From positions 223,943 to 287,942 of the forward strand of contig JBBDYJ010000025.1 in NCBI GenBank assembly GCA_040901675.1: a DNA stretch of 64,000 nucleotides, read 5' to 3'. Under the pieces are notes generated by a model that ran no database searches, was not told the origin of the DNA, and was given only the letters and a program-made list of their open reading frames with translations. Position 1 is the stretch's first letter. Every line of letters starts with the position of its first letter. Both the position numbers and the translations under genes were made by a program. Positions 51,096-62,451 of this stretch are shown piece by piece. Source of the stretch: Pirellulales bacterium (GTDB lineage Bacteria > Planctomycetota > Planctomycetia > Pirellulales > JAICIG01).

Positions 51096-54000
51096 ATGCT
51101 TCGTGTGGCGGCGAGCGCGGTGGCCGCGGTGGCGATGCTGGCGGCTGCGCAGGCCAGAGCGGAAGAAAAGGCGGCGGCGGCTGAACAGCCAGCGGCCGCG
51201 GACCTCGAATTCTTCGAGAACAAGGTCCGCCCGCTGTTCGTCGAGCGCTGCTACAAGTGCCACTCGGCCGAGGCGCCAACGCTGCGGGGCGGCCTGTTGC
51301 TCGACAGCCGCGAGGGGTGGACCAAGGGAGGCGATTCGGGGCCGGCCATCGTGCCGGGCGACCCGGCCGAGAGCCTGCTGGTGCAGGCGGTCGAGTACGG
51401 CGACGACGGCGTGCAAATGCCCCCGGACGGCAAGCTCCCGGCAGAGGAAATCGCCATCCTACGCGAGTGGGTCCGGCGCGGGGCCGTCGACCCGCGCGAC
51501 GGCACACCGGCGGCGACCGTGGAAAAGACGATCGACGTCGAACAAGGGCGTCAGTATTGGGCGTTTCAGCCGCTGGCCGCCGCCGAGCCTCCGCAGGTCA
51601 CGGGCGAGAGCTGGTGCCGGACCGCGGTGGACCGCTTCGTTCTGGCCAAGCTGGAACACAAGGGGCTGGCGCCGGCAGCGCCGGCCGACCGCAGGCGGCT
51701 GATTCGCCGGGCCTATTTCGATCTGATCGGCCTTCCGCCGGAACCGGCCGAGGTCGAGGCGTTTGTCAACGACCCGAACTCGAACGCTTACGAGCGGCTG
51801 GTCGATACGCTGTTGGCCAGTCCGCACTACGGCGAACGCTGGGGCCGCCATTGGCTCGACCTGGCGCGGTTTGCCGAGAGCCACGGCTTCGAGCAGGACT
51901 ACGACCGGCCCAATGCCTACCACTATCGCGACTTCGTCATCCGGGCCCTCAACGAGGACCTGCCGTACGACACGTTCGTCAAGTGGCAGATTGCCGGCGA
52001 CGAGTTCGAGCCGGACAATCCGCTGGCGATGATGGCCACGGGGTTCCTGGCCGCCGGAGTCCACGCCACGCAGATCACGGCCAACCAGGCGGAGAAAGAA
52101 CGCTACGACGAGCTGGACGACATGACGCGGACCATCGGCACCACGATGCTGGGTTTGACGATCGGCTGCGCCCGCTGCCACGACCACAAGTTTGATCCGA
52201 TCCCCAACGTCGACTATTACCGGCTGGTTTCGACGTTCAGCACCACGGTCCGTAGCGACCTCGACGTCAACATGGATCCGGAGGGCTACGCGCTGGCCAA
52301 GGCCGAGTTCGACACCCGGCACGCGCCGCTGGCGGCCCAACTCGAGCAGTTCGAGCGGGAATCGCTGCCGGCCCGATTCGATGCGTGGCTGGCAACCGGC
52401 CCGGCCGCGTCGGCGTTTCCCTGGCTGCTGGTCGAACCGGCGGAGTCGAAGGCGGAGGGCGGCGCCGAGTTCATCAGGCAGGACGACGGCTCGCTGTTGG
52501 TGAAGGGAAACAGCCCGGATCACGATACGTACACGTTCGTGGCCCGCACGCTGCGGCAGGGCATCACCGCCATCCGCCTGGAAACGCTCAGCGACGACTC
52601 GCTGCGCGGCGGCGGGTCGGGGCGGGCCGACGACGGGACCTTTGCGCTTTCCGGAGTGCGCGTCACGGCCGCCCCGCTGGTCGGCGGCCCCGCCGTGGAG
52701 GTGAAGCTGGCGGCGGCACGGGCCAGCTCCGAAAAGGAAGGAATGCCGGCAAGTCATACGCTCGACGGCAAGAACGAGACGGCCTGGTCGGTCGATCCGC
52801 AACCGGGCCGCGACCAGGCGATCGTGCTGGAGACCGAGGGCGAAGTCGGCTTCACGGGCGGGACGGTGCTCACGGTCACGCTCGACTTCAAGGCCAACAA
52901 GCAGCACGGCATCGGCCGGCCGCGGCTGGCGGTGACCAGTCAGCCCAGACCGGCCGCGCTGGAAGGCGTGTTGGCGCCCCAGGCGGTCACCGATGCCCTG
53001 ACAAAGCTGGCGGCCGAGAGCCCGGTCGAGCTGAGCGAAGCGGAGCGGGCGCTGTTGATGAAGTGGTATCGCCCGCTCGACGCCGAGTGGCAGCGGCTGA
53101 ACCAGGCCGTGGCCGAGCATGCCCGGCTGGCGCCGCGGCCCAAGCTGGCCAAGGTGCTGGTATCGAGCGAAGGGGTGCCGGCCGTGCGGCTGCACACGCA
53201 GGGCGCCGACTTTTACGACCCGACGTACTTCCTCAAGCGGGGCGATCCGAACCAGAAGCTGGAAGTGGCCACGCAAGGCTTCTTGCAGGTGCTGATGCAG
53301 TCGCCGGAGGGCGAATCGCGCTGGCAGCAGCAGCCGCCCGAGGGTTGGGGGACCAGCTATCGGCGGCGGTCGCTGGCCAACTGGCTGACCGACACCGAGT
53401 ATGGCGCGGGGCACCTGCTGGCCCGCGTGATTGTCAACCGGCTCTGGCAGCACCATCTGGGGCGAGGCATCGTCGGCACGCCCAGCGATTTCGGCACGCA
53501 AGGCGAGCCGCCGACGCACCCGGAGCTGCTGGATTGGCTGGCCGCGGAATTGATCCGCGAGGGCTGGCGGCTCAAGCCGATCCACCGGCTGATGATGACC
53601 AGCTCGGTGTACATGCAAAGCGACCAGATGAACGAGGCCGCACTGGCCGCCGACCGCGACAACCGGCTCTTCTGGCGGCGGGAGCCGAAGCGGCTGGAGG
53701 CGGAGCTCGTGCGCGACTCGATGCTGGCGGTGAGCGGCGAGCTGGACCGCACCATGTTCGGCCCCGGCACGCTCGACCCGGATCACAAGCGGCGGAGCAT
53801 TTATTTCTTCGTCAAGCGGAGCCAGCTCATCCCGATGATGGTGCTGTTCGACGCCCCGGACAGCCTGCAGGACATTGCCAACCGCCCGACCACCACGGTG
53901 GCGCCGCAGGCCTTGATGCTGCTCAACAACAGTGCCGTGCGGGGCTATGCCCGGCGGTTCGCCGAGCGGATCGACGAGCCGGGTGCCAGCGGCTGGCAAA

Positions 54001-54194
54001 CCGCCGTCAGCCGCGGCTACCGGATTGCACTGGCGCGGGAGCCGGTCGAGGAAGAGCTGGCCGAAGCCGCGGCCTTCCTCGATGAGCAAAGCGCCAGCTA
54101 CCAGGCCTCCGGCAAGCCAGACCCCCGGCGGCTGGCGTTGGCCGACTTTTGCCAGGTGCTGTTGGGGTTGAACGAGTTCGTGTACGTGGAGTGA
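51096..54194 (+). CDS. Planctomycete cytochrome c + DUF1549 + discoidin-like insert + DUF1553 protein
   Basis: Signal peptide, [51 protein letters not shown]. Confidence 0.9.
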   Translation: MLRVAASAVAAVAMLAAAQARAEEKAAAAEQPAAADLEFFENKVRPLFVERCYKCHSAEAPTLRGGLLLDSREGWTKGGDSGPAIVPGDPAESLLVQAVEYGDDGVQMPPDGKLPAEEIAILREWVRRGAVDPRDGTPAATVEKTIDVEQGRQYWAFQPLAAAEPPQVTGESWCRTAVDRFVLAKLEHKGLAPAAPADRRRLIRRAYFDLIGLPPEPAEVEAFVNDPNSNAYERLVDTLLASPHYGERWGRHWLDLARFAESHGFEQDYDRPNAYHYRDFVIRALNEDLPYDTFVKWQIAGDEFEPDNPLAMMATGFLAAGVHATQITANQAEKERYDELDDMTRTIGTTMLGLTIGCARCHDHKFDPIPNVDYYRLVSTFSTTVRSDLDVNMDPEGYALAKAEFDTRHAPLAAQLEQFERESLPARFDAWLATGPAASAFPWLLVEPAESKAEGGAEFIRQDDGSLLVKGNSPDHDTYTFVARTLRQGITAIRLETLSDDSLRGGGSGRADDGTFALSGVRVTAAPLVGGPAVEVKLAAARASSEKEGMPASHTLDGKNETAWSVDPQPGRDQAIVLETEGEVGFTGGTVLTVTLDFKANKQHGIGRPRLAVTSQPRPAALEGVLAPQAVTDALTKLAAESPVELSEAERALLMKWYRPLDAEWQRLNQAVAEHARLAPRPKLAKVLVSSEGVPAVRLHTQGADFYDPTYFLKRGDPNQKLEVATQGFLQVLMQSPEGESRWQQQPPEGWGTSYRRRSLANWLTDTEYGAGHLLARVIVNRLWQHHLGRGIVGTPSDFGTQGEPPTHPELLDWLAAELIREGWRLKPIHRLMMTSSVYMQSDQMNEAALAADRDNRLFWRREPKRLEAELVRDSMLAVSGELDRTMFGPGTLDPDHKRRSIYFFVKRSQLIPMMVLFDAPDSLQDIANRPTTTVAPQALMLLNNSAVRGYARRFAERIDEPGASGWQTAVSRGYRIALAREPVEEELAEAAAFLDEQSASYQASGKPDPRRLALADFCQVLLGLNEFVYVE

Positions 54195-54233
54195 GAGAGG
54201 GGCGACCGCGTTTTGGAGAGTCGACTTTCGGCG

Positions 54234-54266
54234 GGGTGGCTGGGGCAAAGCGTCAGCGTGCCCCAG
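54234..54266 (+). repeat. REP family A copy
   Basis: gggtggctggggcaaagcgtcagcgtgccccag. Confidence 0.85.
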
Positions 54267-54345
54267 TTGAATCGTACGAAGAATCCAAGATTTGAAAGCC
54301 AAATAAACGACCAGCTTTTTTGATTCAATCGGAATTCAGCCAGCC

Positions 54346-55830
54346 ATGGACATTCTCAAGCTATTTGCTTCGCCGCACCCGGTACACAACTCGCGCCGCG
54401 AGTTTCTGCGGCGGACCGGTTCGGGATTCGGCATGCTGGCCTTGGCCGGCCTGTTGAACGAGCAGGGCCTGCTCGCCGCCACCGGCGGCGCCGGTGCCGG
54501 CCCGCGTGGGCTGGCGCTCAACCCGCTGGCGCCGCGTCCGCCGCACGCCGCGGCCAAGGCGAACAGCGTCATCTGGTTGTTCATGAACGGCGGCCCTAGC
54601 CAGGTCGATACCTGGGACTACAAACCCGAGCTGGCCAAGCGCGACGGCCAGGAGCTGGCCGGCTTCGACAAGAACACCGGCTTCTTTACCGAGCAGGTTG
54701 GCCCGCTGATGAAGTCGCCCTTCAGTTTCCAGCAGCACGGCCAGTGCGGCGCCTGGGCCTCGGAGATCTTTCCGAACACTTCGCGGCACGTCGACCAGAT
54801 GGCTTTCATCTATTCGTGCCACACGGAGACGAACAACCACTCGCCGGCCTTGTTCCAGATCAACACGGGCATGAACCGGATGGGGTTCCCCAGCGTGGGC
54901 TCTTGGGTCACGTACGGGCTGGGCAGCGAGAGCCAGAACCTGCCCGCCTTCGTGGTCATGTACGACACGCTGGGACGCGGGCTGCCCAAGGGCTACGCGC
55001 AGAATTGGGGCTCCGGTTTTCTCCCCGGAATCTTCCAGGGGACCGCCTTGAATGCCCAGGGGGCGCCGATCGACAACCTCCAGCGGGCCGAAGAAATGAC
55101 GCCCCAGCAGCAGCAGGCCCAACTGAACCTGCTGAATCGGCTGAACCGGCGGCACCAGGAGCAAAAGCCGCTGGCGCCGGAGCTGGCCGCGCGGATCGAA
55201 AGTTTCGAGCTGGCCTACCGGATGCAAATGGCGGCGCCGGAGGCGCTGGACTTCGAGCGCGAGCCGGAGTCGATCAAGCAGTTGTACGGCCTGGACGATC
55301 CCAAGTGCGTCCACTTCAGCCGGCAGTGCCTGATGGCCCGGCGGCTGATCGAGCGGGGAGTGCGGTTCGTCCAGATCTACAGCGGCGGAACCGAGAACGA
55401 GAAAAGCTGGGACGGGCACACCAACATCGCCGACAACCACCGCCAGTTCGCCGGCGAGACCGACGTGCCGATCGCCGGCCTGCTGACCGACCTGAAGCAG
55501 CGCGGCCTGTTGGACTCGACGCTGGTCGTCTGCAACGGCGAGTTCGGGCGGCTGCCGATCGTGCAGAAGGGGGGCACCGGCCGCGACCACAACCCGCACG
55601 CCTTCACCACCTGGATGGCCGGCGGCGGCGTGAAGGGAGGCTCGCTCTATGGCGCCACCGACGAGATCGGGCACAAGGCCGTGGCGAACCGGGTGAGCGT
55701 GAACGATCTGCACGCCACGATCCTGCACCTGCTGGGGATCGATCACGAGCGGCTGACCTACCGCTACAGCGGCCGCGATTTCAGGCTGACCGACGTGGCC
55801 GGCAAGGTGATCCACGACATTCTTTTGTAG
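54346..55830 (+). CDS. DUF1501 protein with Tat-like signal
   Basis: SRREFLR, LFMNGGPSQVDTWDYKP, WDGH, GEFGR, GRDHNP. Confidence 0.92.
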   Translation: MDILKLFASPHPVHNSRREFLRRTGSGFGMLALAGLLNEQGLLAATGGAGAGPRGLALNPLAPRPPHAAAKANSVIWLFMNGGPSQVDTWDYKPELAKRDGQELAGFDKNTGFFTEQVGPLMKSPFSFQQHGQCGAWASEIFPNTSRHVDQMAFIYSCHTETNNHSPALFQINTGMNRMGFPSVGSWVTYGLGSESQNLPAFVVMYDTLGRGLPKGYAQNWGSGFLPGIFQGTALNAQGAPIDNLQRAEEMTPQQQQAQLNLLNRLNRRHQEQKPLAPELAARIESFELAYRMQMAAPEALDFEREPESIKQLYGLDDPKCVHFSRQCLMARRLIERGVRFVQIYSGGTENEKSWDGHTNIADNHRQFAGETDVPIAGLLTDLKQRGLLDSTLVVCNGEFGRLPIVQKGGTGRDHNPHAFTTWMAGGGVKGGSLYGATDEIGHKAVANRVSVNDLHATILHLLGIDHERLTYRYSGRDFRLTDVAGKVIHDILL

Positions 55831-55842
55831 TGAAGTGCTGCC

Positions 55843-58800
55843 ATGATCCGGCATTCTTCCATGCTGCTGGCTGCCGCCATGGCGTGCTGGACCGCCTGGT
55901 CCGGCGGCGGCGCTGGGGCCGAAGAGCCGCGGCGGGTCGAGTTCAACCGCGACATCCGGCCGATCCTTTCCGACACGTGCTTCAAGTGCCACGGTCCCGA
56001 CGAGGCGCAGCGCCAGGCCGGCCTGCACTTCGACACCGAGGCGGGGGCCATGGCCGACCTGGGCGGCTACCAGGCGATCGTTCCCGGCAATAGCGCCGAG
56101 AGCGTGCTGTTCCAGCGAATCTCCGCCAAGGACGAGGAGGAACGGATGCCGCCGATCGACTCGGGCCGCTCGCTGTCGGCCGAGCAGATCGAGCTGATCC
56201 GCCGCTGGATCGACCAGGGCGCCCAATGGCAGAAGCATTGGAGCCTCATCCGGCCGCAGCGGCTTGCCGTGCCTGCCGTGAGCCGGCCGGAATGGATCCG
56301 CGGCCCGATCGATGCCTTCGTGCTGGAGCGTCTGGAGCGTGAGGGTCTTTCGCCCGCCGACGAGGCCGACAAGGCCACGTTGATCCGCCGCGTCACGCTC
56401 GACTTGACCGGTCTAGCGCCCACGCCCGCCGAGGTCGACACCTTTCTGGCTGATACTTCTCCGGACGCCTACGAAAACGTGGTCGATCGCTTGCTCGCTT
56501 CGCCCCGATACGGCGAGCGGATGGCGGCGCCCTGGCTGGACGCGGCCCGCTACGCCGACACCAACGGCTACCAGACCGACGGCGAGCGGCACATGTGGCG
56601 CTGGCGCGACTGGGTGATCGGCGCCCTGAACGCCAACATGCCGTTCGACCGGTTCACCGTCGAGCAGTTGGCCGGCGACATGCTGCCCGGCGCCACGCTC
56701 GACCAGCGGATCGCCACCGGGTTCAACCGGAATCACCGCGGCAATGCGGAGGGAGGCATCATTCCCCAGGAGTACCTGGTCGAGTACGTGGTCGATCGCG
56801 TCGAGACCACGGGTACCGTCTGGCTGGGTCTGACGATCGGCTGCGCCCGCTGCCACGACCACAAGTTCGACCCGGTGACGCAAGAGGAGTTCTACCGGCT
56901 CTTCGCTTATTTCCATAACGTGCCGGAACGGGGCAAGGCCATCAAGTACGGCAACTCGCCGCCCGTCGTGCAGGCGCCCACGCCCCACCAGCAAAGCGAA
57001 TTGGCGGACCTCGACGCCCGGCTCGGCCGTGAGCGGGCTCGGTTGGACGACATGCAACCCGCGCTGGCCGAATCGCAGGCCGCTTGGGAAGTGTCGGTTG
57101 CCGCCGGCGACCCCTTGGACTTGAAGCCGGCCGAGGGACTGGTTGCGTATTACGCTCTCGACGGCGATCTAGCTGAGCAAGAGGGGAGGGGCCCGGCAGC
57201 CGAGTTCCGCGATGGAACCTCCACGTTCGAGCCCGGCAAGCTGGGGCAGGCGGCTTGTTTCGACGGCACCGCGCACGTCGATGCGGGCGACGTGGCCGAC
57301 TTCGGCTTTTACGACAAGTTCACCTGTGCGGCCTGGGTTTTTTCGGAAGGGCAGGGGGGCACGATCGTGTCGCGGATGACCGACGAAGAGCGGGCCGACG
57401 GCTACGGCATCCACCTGGTCGACGGCAAGGTGCAGGTGAACCTGGTCAAGCGCTGGCTCGACGACGCAATCCGCGTCGAGACCCAGACCGTGCTGAGCCC
57501 GGGCGAATGGCGGCACGTGCTGGTGACGTACGACGGCTCGCGGGTGGCGGCGGGGGTGCAGGTCTACATCGATGGCGAGCCGCAGCCGATGCGCGTGCTG
57601 CTCGATGATCTGAACCAGTCGTTCCAGACGAAGCAGCCGTTGCGGATCGGCGGCGGGGCCGGGCCGGGCGGCCGTTTCCATGGACGGCTGGACGAAGTGC
57701 GGATCTACAACGCGGCCCTGCCGGCCGAGCAGGCGGAGGTGCTGGCCACGGCCGAGACCGTCACCGCCATCGCCGGCATCCCGCCTGACGAGCGCACTGC
57801 CGGGCAAGCCAGGAAAATCCGCGAATACTATCTCGAGCACCACGCTACGGACGAGGCCCGGCAGGCGCGGCGGCGGGTTGCGGAATTGCAGATCGAGCGG
57901 AAGCGGCTGGTGGAGAGCTTTCCGACCGTGATGGTGATGGAAGAGATGCCCACGCCGCGCGACACGCACGTGCTGGTGCGCGGGCAGTACGACAAGCCGG
58001 GCGAGAAGGTTGAGGCCGGGTTGCCTTCCAGCCTGGCCGGCGAGAGCTCGCTTCGCCTCGGCAACCGGCTGGAGTTTGCCCGCTGGCTGGTCTCGCCGGA
58101 AAACCCCTTGACCGCGCGCGTGGCCGTGAACCGCTATTGGCAGATGTATTTTGGCGCCGGCCTGGTCAAGACGGTCGACGACTTCGGCTCGCAGGGGCAG
58201 TGGCCGAGCCATCCGGAGCTGCTCGACTGGCTGGCCAGCCGGTTCATGGACAGCGGCTGGGACGTGAAAGCGTTGCAGCGGGCGATCGTCACCAGCGCCA
58301 CCTACCGGCAGTCGTCGAAGGCGCCGGCCGCGCTGCGCGAGCGCGACCCCGACAACGTGCTGTTGGCACGCGGGCCGCGGCTGCGGCTTTCGGCCGAGAC
58401 GGTCCGCGACCAGGCGCTGGCGGCCAGCGGGCTGTTGGTCGAGCGGCTCGGCGGGCCCTCGGTGAAGCCATATCAGCCGGCCGGCCTGTGGCAGGAGTTG
58501 ACCGAGGAAGACTACGTGCAAGGCAGCGGCGAGGACTTGCACCGCCGCAGCCTGTACACGTTCTGGAAGCGCACCGTGGCGCCTCCGTCGATGATGACGT
58601 TCGACGCTTCGTCCCGCGAGACGTGCTGGGTGCGGGAAACGCGCACCAACACCCCGTTGCAAGCGCTGACGCTGATGAACGACGTAACGTTCGTCGAGTG
58701 CGCGCGGGTGCTGGCCCAGCGGGTGCTGGCCGGCGGGCCTGCGGAGCCGGACGAGCGGATCGACCTGGCGTTTCGGCTGGTGCTGGCGCGGCGCCCCACC

Positions 58801-58998
58801 GCGGCCGAGGCCCAGGTGCTGCGTGCCGGGCTCGAAGAGCACCTGGCTCTCTATCTTCAGCATCCCCAGCAGGCCGCCGAACTGGCTTCCGCTGGCGAAG
58901 CCCCCGGCGACTCCGGCCTGGACCAGACCGAGCTGGCCGCCTACACCGCCCTGGCCGGTTTGATCTTGAATCTCGACGAAGCAATCACCAAGGAGTGA
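55843..58998 (+). CDS. Planctomycete cytochrome c + DUF1549 + LamG insert + DUF1553 protein
   Basis: [62 protein letters not shown]. Confidence 0.9.
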   Translation: MIRHSSMLLAAAMACWTAWSGGGAGAEEPRRVEFNRDIRPILSDTCFKCHGPDEAQRQAGLHFDTEAGAMADLGGYQAIVPGNSAESVLFQRISAKDEEERMPPIDSGRSLSAEQIELIRRWIDQGAQWQKHWSLIRPQRLAVPAVSRPEWIRGPIDAFVLERLEREGLSPADEADKATLIRRVTLDLTGLAPTPAEVDTFLADTSPDAYENVVDRLLASPRYGERMAAPWLDAARYADTNGYQTDGERHMWRWRDWVIGALNANMPFDRFTVEQLAGDMLPGATLDQRIATGFNRNHRGNAEGGIIPQEYLVEYVVDRVETTGTVWLGLTIGCARCHDHKFDPVTQEEFYRLFAYFHNVPERGKAIKYGNSPPVVQAPTPHQQSELADLDARLGRERARLDDMQPALAESQAAWEVSVAAGDPLDLKPAEGLVAYYALDGDLAEQEGRGPAAEFRDGTSTFEPGKLGQAACFDGTAHVDAGDVADFGFYDKFTCAAWVFSEGQGGTIVSRMTDEERADGYGIHLVDGKVQVNLVKRWLDDAIRVETQTVLSPGEWRHVLVTYDGSRVAAGVQVYIDGEPQPMRVLLDDLNQSFQTKQPLRIGGGAGPGGRFHGRLDEVRIYNAALPAEQAEVLATAETVTAIAGIPPDERTAGQARKIREYYLEHHATDEARQARRRVAELQIERKRLVESFPTVMVMEEMPTPRDTHVLVRGQYDKPGEKVEAGLPSSLAGESSLRLGNRLEFARWLVSPENPLTARVAVNRYWQMYFGAGLVKTVDDFGSQGQWPSHPELLDWLASRFMDSGWDVKALQRAIVTSATYRQSSKAPAALRERDPDNVLLARGPRLRLSAETVRDQALAASGLLVERLGGPSVKPYQPAGLWQELTEEDYVQGSGEDLHRRSLYTFWKRTVAPPSMMTFDASSRETCWVRETRTNTPLQALTLMNDVTFVECARVLAQRVLAGGPAEPDERIDLAFRLVLARRPTAAEAQVLRAGLEEHLALYLQHPQQAAELASAGEAPGDSGLDQTELAAYTALAGLILNLDEAITKE

Positions 58999-59060
58999 GC
59001 GGTAAAGGCACAAGGCAGAAGAAGGAAGAAGGAAGAGCGAGTATGAAACGCACAAGCGCG

Positions 59061-59212
59061 GAGTGGCTGGGGCAAAGCGTCAGCGTGCCCCAGTCTTCGT
59101 CCGTATCCCCCCGCGTTCGCCTTGTCGCCTTGTCGCCTTGTCCTTCCTCCCGGGTGGCTGGGGCAAAGCGTCAGCGTGCCCCAGAGGTGAGGCTGGAGAC
59201 TGTAGGCTGTAG
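59061..59212 (+). repeat. Two REP family A copies with heptamer runs
   Basis: Copies at 59061-59093 and 59152-59184; (ccttgtcg)n between them and (ctgtagg)n after. Confidence 0.85.
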
Positions 59213-59253
59213 GACGGCAGTAATAAGACCAATGTCCGTAATCTGAGAATCCG

Positions 59254-60720
59254 ATGAACCCTCTCGACGAACGCCGGATGCAGTTGACGCGGCGCCACTT
59301 TTTCGGCAAGGCCGGTACTGGCCTGGGCCTGGCGGCGCTGGCCGCGCTGCTGAACGACAACCTGGCCCGCGGGGCGCCGGTTTCGGATTCGCCGGCGGCG
59401 GGACTGCCGGGGCTGCCGCACTTTGCGCCCAAGGCCAAGCGGGTGATCTACCTGTTCCAGTCGGGAGCGCCGTCGCAGATGGACCTGTTCGACTACAAGC
59501 CGCGGCTGGCCGACCTGCGGGCAAGCGAACTGCCCGAATCGATCCGCCAAGGACAGCGGCTCACCGGAATGACCTCCGGGCAGACCAGCTTTCCGGTGGC
59601 GCCCAGCAAGTTCGCCTTCGCCCGGCATGGCGCCAGCGGCGCCTGGGTGAGCGAGCTCATGCCGCACACGGCCCGCGTGGCCGACGAGCTTTGCTTCGTC
59701 AAGTCGATGTTCACCGAGGCCATCAACCACGACCCGGCCATCACCTTCTTCCAAACGGGCGCCCAGCTTGCCGGGCGGCCCAGCATCGGCTCCTGGCTCT
59801 CGTACGGCCTGGGAAGCGAGAACGCCGACCTGCCGGCCTTTGTGACCATGATCTCTCGCGGCACCGGCAACCCCAACGACCAGCCGCTGTACGACCGGCT
59901 TTGGGGGAGCGGATTCTTGCCGACCCGGTACCAGGGGATCAAGTTCCGCTCGGTGGGCGATCCGGTGCTGTTCCTCTCGAACCCCGCCGGCCTGGGGAGC
60001 GCCACGCGGCGGCGGATGCTCGACGATCTGGCACGGCTCAATCAACTGAAGCTCGAAGAGTTTGGCGACCCGGAGATTGCCACCCGCATCGCCCAGTACG
60101 AGATGGCCTACCGCATGCAGACCTCGGTGCCCGAACTGACCGACGTCTCCGACGAGCCGGAGCACATCTTCGACTTGTACGGCCCCGACTCGAAAAAGCC
60201 CGGCACCTACGCGGCCAACTGCCTGCTGGCCCGGCGGCTGGCGGAGCGCGGCGTGCGGGCCGTGCAACTCTTCCACCGTGGCTGGGACCAGCACACCAAC
60301 TTGCCCAAGCAGATCACGGGCCAGGCGGCCGACACCGACCAGGCTTCGGCCGCGCTGGTTGCCGATCTCAAGCAGCGCGGCATGCTGGACGACACGCTGG
60401 TCGTGTGGGGAGGCGAGTTCGGCCGCACGGTGTACTGCCAGGGCAAGCTGACGGCCGACGACTACGGCCGCGACCATCATCCCCGCTGTTTTACGATTTG
60501 GATCGCCGGCGGCGGCATCAAGGCCGGCTTTTCATACGGCGAGACCGACGACTACTGCTACAACATCACGCGCGATCCGGTACACGTCCACGATCTGCAC
60601 GCCACGCTGTTGCACTGCCTGGGGATCGACCACGAACGGCTGACCTACAAGTTCCAGGGCCGCTACCACCGCCTCACCGACGTGCACGGGGAGGTGGTGC
60701 AGCCGCTGCTGGCGAGCTAA
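59254..60720 (+). CDS. DUF1501 protein with Tat-like signal
   Basis: [41 protein letters not shown]. Confidence 0.92.
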   Translation: MNPLDERRMQLTRRHFFGKAGTGLGLAALAALLNDNLARGAPVSDSPAAGLPGLPHFAPKAKRVIYLFQSGAPSQMDLFDYKPRLADLRASELPESIRQGQRLTGMTSGQTSFPVAPSKFAFARHGASGAWVSELMPHTARVADELCFVKSMFTEAINHDPAITFFQTGAQLAGRPSIGSWLSYGLGSENADLPAFVTMISRGTGNPNDQPLYDRLWGSGFLPTRYQGIKFRSVGDPVLFLSNPAGLGSATRRRMLDDLARLNQLKLEEFGDPEIATRIAQYEMAYRMQTSVPELTDVSDEPEHIFDLYGPDSKKPGTYAANCLLARRLAERGVRAVQLFHRGWDQHTNLPKQITGQAADTDQASAALVADLKQRGMLDDTLVVWGGEFGRTVYCQGKLTADDYGRDHHPRCFTIWIAGGGIKAGFSYGETDDYCYNITRDPVHVHDLHATLLHCLGIDHERLTYKFQGRYHRLTDVHGEVVQPLLAS

Positions 60721-60723
60721 CGG

Positions 60724-61110
60724 GTTGTGGGTTCGTAGTGATCGGATCCAGTTGTGGGTTCGTAGTGATCGGATCCATACGAAGCAAGGGTGGCTGGCGG
60801 CAAAGCGGTAGCGTGCCCCAGACGTTGTCCGTCGTGGTAGCTGAAGTCGCCAGACTTCAGGCTTGTTGCGTGTGGACGTTGCTCGTGGTAGCTGAAGTCG
60901 CCAGACTTCAGGCCCGCTTAAACGCGCCGGGTGGCTGGCGGCAAAGCGGTAGCGTGCCCCAGTCTTCGTCGCTGCGCGGGCGGAGGGCGTCCCATGGCAA
61001 ACGACCGTCAGGCTCGCCGCGTGGAGTACGTGGTACGCACCATCGATTGAACTGGAGGCTACGAGCCAATAAAGCGACACGCCCGGAGACCCCATAAATG
61101 GGGTCACTAC
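60724..61110. repeat. Mosaic repeat cluster (BIME-like)
   Basis: 27-bp tandem 60724-60777; REP A at 60788-60821 and 60929-60962; GTAG hairpin gtagctgaagtcgccagacttcag at 60837 and 60888; inverted GTAG hairpin at 61088-61110. Confidence 0.85.
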
Positions 61111-61129
61111 AAGCCTCCCACGTCTCCGC

Positions 61130-61318
61130 TCATCGCCGGCGGCGATCCAGACTGCCTTCGGACAAAAGGCAGCCGAAGCTCGTTCCCAACGAGGCAAAGG
61201 CGGCCACACCGAACAGGTTCATCATCTCGAGATGCGCCGATTGGGTGTGGTAAACGGCCAGGCCTGCCAGAGCGCCCAACATCGCGCCCAGGCAGGCGTT
61301 GCGAATGCCGATCTTCAC
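61130..61318 (-). CDS. Small two-TM hypothetical protein
   Basis: Two Gly-rich hydrophobic segments; GTG start after GAGGG. Confidence 0.5.
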   Translation of the reverse strand: MKIGIRNACLGAMLGALAGLAVYHTQSAHLEMMNLFGVAAFASLGTSFGCLLSEGSLDRRRR

Positions 61319-61329
61319 GCGCGCCGCCC

Positions 61330-61488
61330 TCAGTTCAGGTTGATGCGGTAGTAGGCCGACAGCCGATTCAAGGGTCGCGGTTTCACGGGCGGCCGGAGGC
61401 TGCGGCGCGCGGTGAGCTGGTTCAAGCTGGGACTGGCCAGCGCCAAGATTGCAATGGCGCCGCCGAAGAACCCTAAAAGAAATCGCAT
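61330..61488 (-). CDS. Small hypothetical protein with N-terminal hydrophobic segment
   Basis: MRFLLGFFGGAIAILALA; GGAG RBS; tandem with the adjacent small ORF. Confidence 0.45.
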   Translation of the reverse strand: MRFLLGFFGGAIAILALASPSLNQLTARRSLRPPVKPRPLNRLSAYYRINLN

Positions 61489-61920
61489 GGTAACGGCTCC
61501 GATTGCGAGCCAGACCGCCTCAGGCGGCCGGTTCGGCAGAGGGTGCACGGAAGGCGGGATGCTTGGCAGAAGTTGGCCGCGGAGGTGGGAACAAGGGCGA
61601 AAACCGTGATGGGAAAACGTGGCTTTCGCCGGCTTTGCGGCCGTGCACCCGATGCATCTCAGACTCCCTTCATGAGAGATTCCCGGCCACCATGGCTCGG
61701 GATAACCAATTCATTCTCAAAAAGACTCCGCCTAAGTCAAGTAAGGTTTAACACAATCCGGCAATCGGAAGTGCTTGCAAACCCCCGCTATAGTAGGGGA
61801 GAATCGACCGCATTGAGGTAGCCGCGCTGGCCCGGACGTAGCTGGACTCGCCAGTTTCACGCCGGCCCACGTTCCGGCGAACGCGGCTCCGCCCCGCTAG
61901 CTAGCTCGAGGAAACGCACC

Positions 61921-62451
61921 ATGGCCGAACGGCTCGATCCGCGGCAGATCACGAGGCCCGATCGCTCGTTGATGAGGTACTACGCCATTATCTCGCTGCT
62001 GACGGGACCGGCGTTTCCCATCACGATCATCCCCTTGTTCTTCAAGTACGAGACGTTGAAGTACCGCTTCGACGACGAGGGCGTGTCGATGAGCTGGGGC
62101 ATTCTGTTCAAGCGGGAGATCTACCTGACCTACCGCCGCATCCAGGACATTCACCTGACGCGGAACATCCTGCAGCGCTGGATGGGGCTGGCCACGGTGT
62201 CGATCCAAACGGCCTCCGGCAGCTCCGCGCCCGAGATGAGCATCGAGGGGATCCGCGAGGCCGACGCCCTGCGCGATTACCTCTATGCCAAGATGCGCGG
62301 GGCCCGTGGCGAGCAGGAGGAATCGGCCGCAGGCATGCCGGCCGGGCCAGACGGCGCGGCGGCCCAGCCGGTGGACGAGCCGCTAGCACTCTTGTGCGAG
62401 ATACGCGACGCGCTCGTGCAGCTCGCCGGCCGGCGGGAGGCAGGCGGATGA
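61921..62451 (+). CDS. Bacterial PH domain (bPH_2, YdbS-like) membrane protein
   Basis: YRFDDEGV..WGILFKRE..LTYRRIQDI...LQRWMGLATVSIQTA. Confidence 0.85.
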   Translation: MAERLDPRQITRPDRSLMRYYAIISLLTGPAFPITIIPLFFKYETLKYRFDDEGVSMSWGILFKREIYLTYRRIQDIHLTRNILQRWMGLATVSIQTASGSSAPEMSIEGIREADALRDYLYAKMRGARGEQEESAAGMPAGPDGAAAQPVDEPLALLCEIRDALVQLAGRREAGG

